Part shown: positions 4,920 to 5,762 of the stretch, piece by piece
How positions within the stretch are numbered: position 1 is the stretch's first letter
How the letters are laid out: each line of letters starts with the position of its first letter
DNA from: a virus
Virus record (IMG/VR): IMGVR_UViG_3300045988_001067
Span: 1-5,762 of that record
Length of the DNA: 5,762 nt
Strand: one strand, 5' to 3'
Notes under the pieces: model-generated
Seen by the model: the letters and a program-made list of their open reading frames with translations, nothing else
Database searches by the model: none
Told to the model about the DNA's origin: nothing
Position numbers and translations under genes: made by a program

Positions 4920-5147
4920 ATGATGCACAAAACATGGAACGTAAGAGACGAGACCAAAGAAGCACTAGAAGAGCTGCTCGCACGAAAATACAAAGAAATT
5001 GATGGCAATTATAAAATGCTTAGAAAAGTGTCAAACATAGAAGATGCTAAAAGACTAGTAGACGAAATTTGGCAAATGAAAAACTTTACAAACGCCATCG
5101 AATTAGAGCTAATGCGAAGGGAGTACACTAATGGCACAGCATCGTAA
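4920..5147 (+). CDS. Hypothetical protein, 75 aa, helical and charged
   Basis: Same frame as track ORF 4866..5147, but ATG 4920 is preceded by AAGGAG (4907..4912) at 7-nt spacing, whereas 4866 is a TTG without an SD. I recognise no motif. Confidence 0.55.
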   Translation: MMHKTWNVRDETKEALEELLARKYKEIDGNYKMLRKVSNIEDAKRLVDEIWQMKNFTNAIELELMRREYTNGTAS

Positions 5148-5253
5148 GAAGATGAACGGCGCAAAAGACAAGCGAATGTTCAACGTAACCGCACGAAAAA
5201 CCAAAGCTATCAACCTCAGCCAGAAGCCTATGCGCGGTGGCATCCGACTGTAA
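5131..5253 (+). CDS. VP8: Small basic DNA-binding protein (gokushovirus ORF8/VP8, phiX174 J-like), 40 aa (absent from the supplied ORF track)
   Basis: Translation is MAQHRKKMNGAKDKRMFNVTARKTKAINLSQKPMRGGIRL*. It is highly basic with the C-terminal PMRGGIRL signature seen in gokushovirus small DNA-binding proteins. SD aagggag (5117..5123) lies 7 nt before the ATG. It overlaps the preceding ORF by 17 nt. Confidence 0.7.
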   Translation: MAQHRKKMNGAKDKRMFNVTARKTKAINLSQKPMRGGIRL

Positions 5254-5271
5254 AAAAAGGAGAAACAAAAA

Positions 5272-5511
5272 ATGAAACACAATTACTACGGCATTTGGGA
5301 CAGAGTGGCAAAGTGCTATGCATGGGTAGGCGAAAACAGAAGCGACGCAACGTTTGCACGGATGTGCAACGTAATGGCAAAGGACGAAAAAACTTTCATC
5401 GGGCAGAGCCCAGAGGACTACACCGGATTTAGGCTGGCAGTGTTTGAAGACGAGCTCGGCACGTTCACGAACGACACTGAAAAGGTATGGGAGGGAAAGC
5501 CGAATGAATAA
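5272..5511 (+). CDS. VP5: VP5-like non-structural protein (phiX174 C-like function proposed for gokushoviruses), 79 aa
   Basis: Size, its position just upstream of VP3, and the pattern Y.IWD.VAK.Y....A.R......D....I...PEDY..F.LA.F.D..GTF resemble gokushovirus VP5. SD AAGGAG (5257..5262) lies 9 nt before the ATG. Confidence 0.6.
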   Translation: MKHNYYGIWDRVAKCYAWVGENRSDATFARMCNVMAKDEKTFIGQSPEDYTGFRLAVFEDELGTFTNDTEKVWEGKPNE

Positions 5512-5762
5512 ACGATATGAAGAAGGGCGAGAGCCCTTCTTTTCTGAATCAGGCGAAACCATGCGAAAGCAATACGTCTGGACAAAGGACGAAAAAGGGC
5601 AAGAAGTGCTGCAAGAGACCGAACCAATCGACATCCAACAGGAAATTGAAAGCTATTCGGACGAATGCGACATCAAAAGCATCGTCCGAAAAGCAAGTTT
5701 TGACCCACAGTTTCTAAAGAGCCTGTCACAAGGAGCACTTGAAGGAACAGAAGTAGATATCA
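5504..5762 (+). CDS. VP3: Internal scaffolding protein VP3, N-terminal part (runs off the window end and continues at nt 80 of the window after removing the 79-nt overlap)
   Basis: ATG 5504 is the first ATG after in-frame stop TGA 5444..5446. gggaggg (5489..5495) lies upstream. It overlaps the VP5 stop by 8 nt (ATGAATAA). The frame is open to the window end and in phase with 1..219. Confidence 0.7.
   Translation, partial: MNKRYEEGREPFFSESGETMRKQYVWTKDEKGQEVLQETEPIDIQQEIESYSDECDIKSIVRKASFDPQFLKSLSQGALEGTEVDI
5520..5545 (+). terminator. Terminator-like hairpin inside the first codons of VP3
   Basis: agaagggc (5521..5528) pairs with gcccttct (5533..5540), with a GAGA loop, extendable by a5520-t5541. 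It is followed by TTTCT. The T-run is shorter than at 1903..1928. Confidence 0.4.

Noticed and set aside
5517-5717. A 66-aa + strand ORF in an alternate frame near the window end.
   Set aside because: It overlaps the frame that gives a coherent VP3-like protein. That frame continues across the circular junction and ends in the GTGA overlap with VP1. The 66-aa product is a basic low-complexity peptide, and its ATG lies at the base of the hairpin at 5520..5545.

Overview
The window is one complete circular genome of a small ssDNA phage, Microviridae with Gokushovirinae-like architecture. The first 79 nt (1..79) are identical to the last 79 nt (5684..5762), so the true unit is 5683 nt and the window is a circular assembly with a terminal overlap. 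All convincing genes are on the + strand. The gokushovirus core set is present. It comprises major capsid VP1 (216..1892), pilot/minor capsid VP2 (1931..2788) and HUH rolling-circle Rep VP4 (2785..3804). It also includes a 40-aa basic J/VP8-like DNA-binding peptide (5131..5253), VP5-like (5272..5511) and scaffold VP3, which crosses the circular junction (5504..5762 continuing as 1..219). Two things are atypical for such a compact virus. (1) A 599-nt non-coding block (3805..4403, about 10.5% of the genome) sits between VP4 and the small-gene cluster. It holds perfect hairpins, a 52-nt GC-rich alternating purine-pyrimidine tract next to an AT-only palindrome, and 8 exact plus about 3 degenerate direct copies of TGTTGAA(A). 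It also holds a minus-strand-oriented intrinsic terminator and a near-consensus sigma70-type promoter. (2) Directly downstream of that promoter lies a 130-aa LAS/M15-family zinc peptidase (4404..4796) with no signal peptide and no obvious holin partner, followed by two small unknown ORFs. The identities come from motif recognition by eye. No database search was possible.
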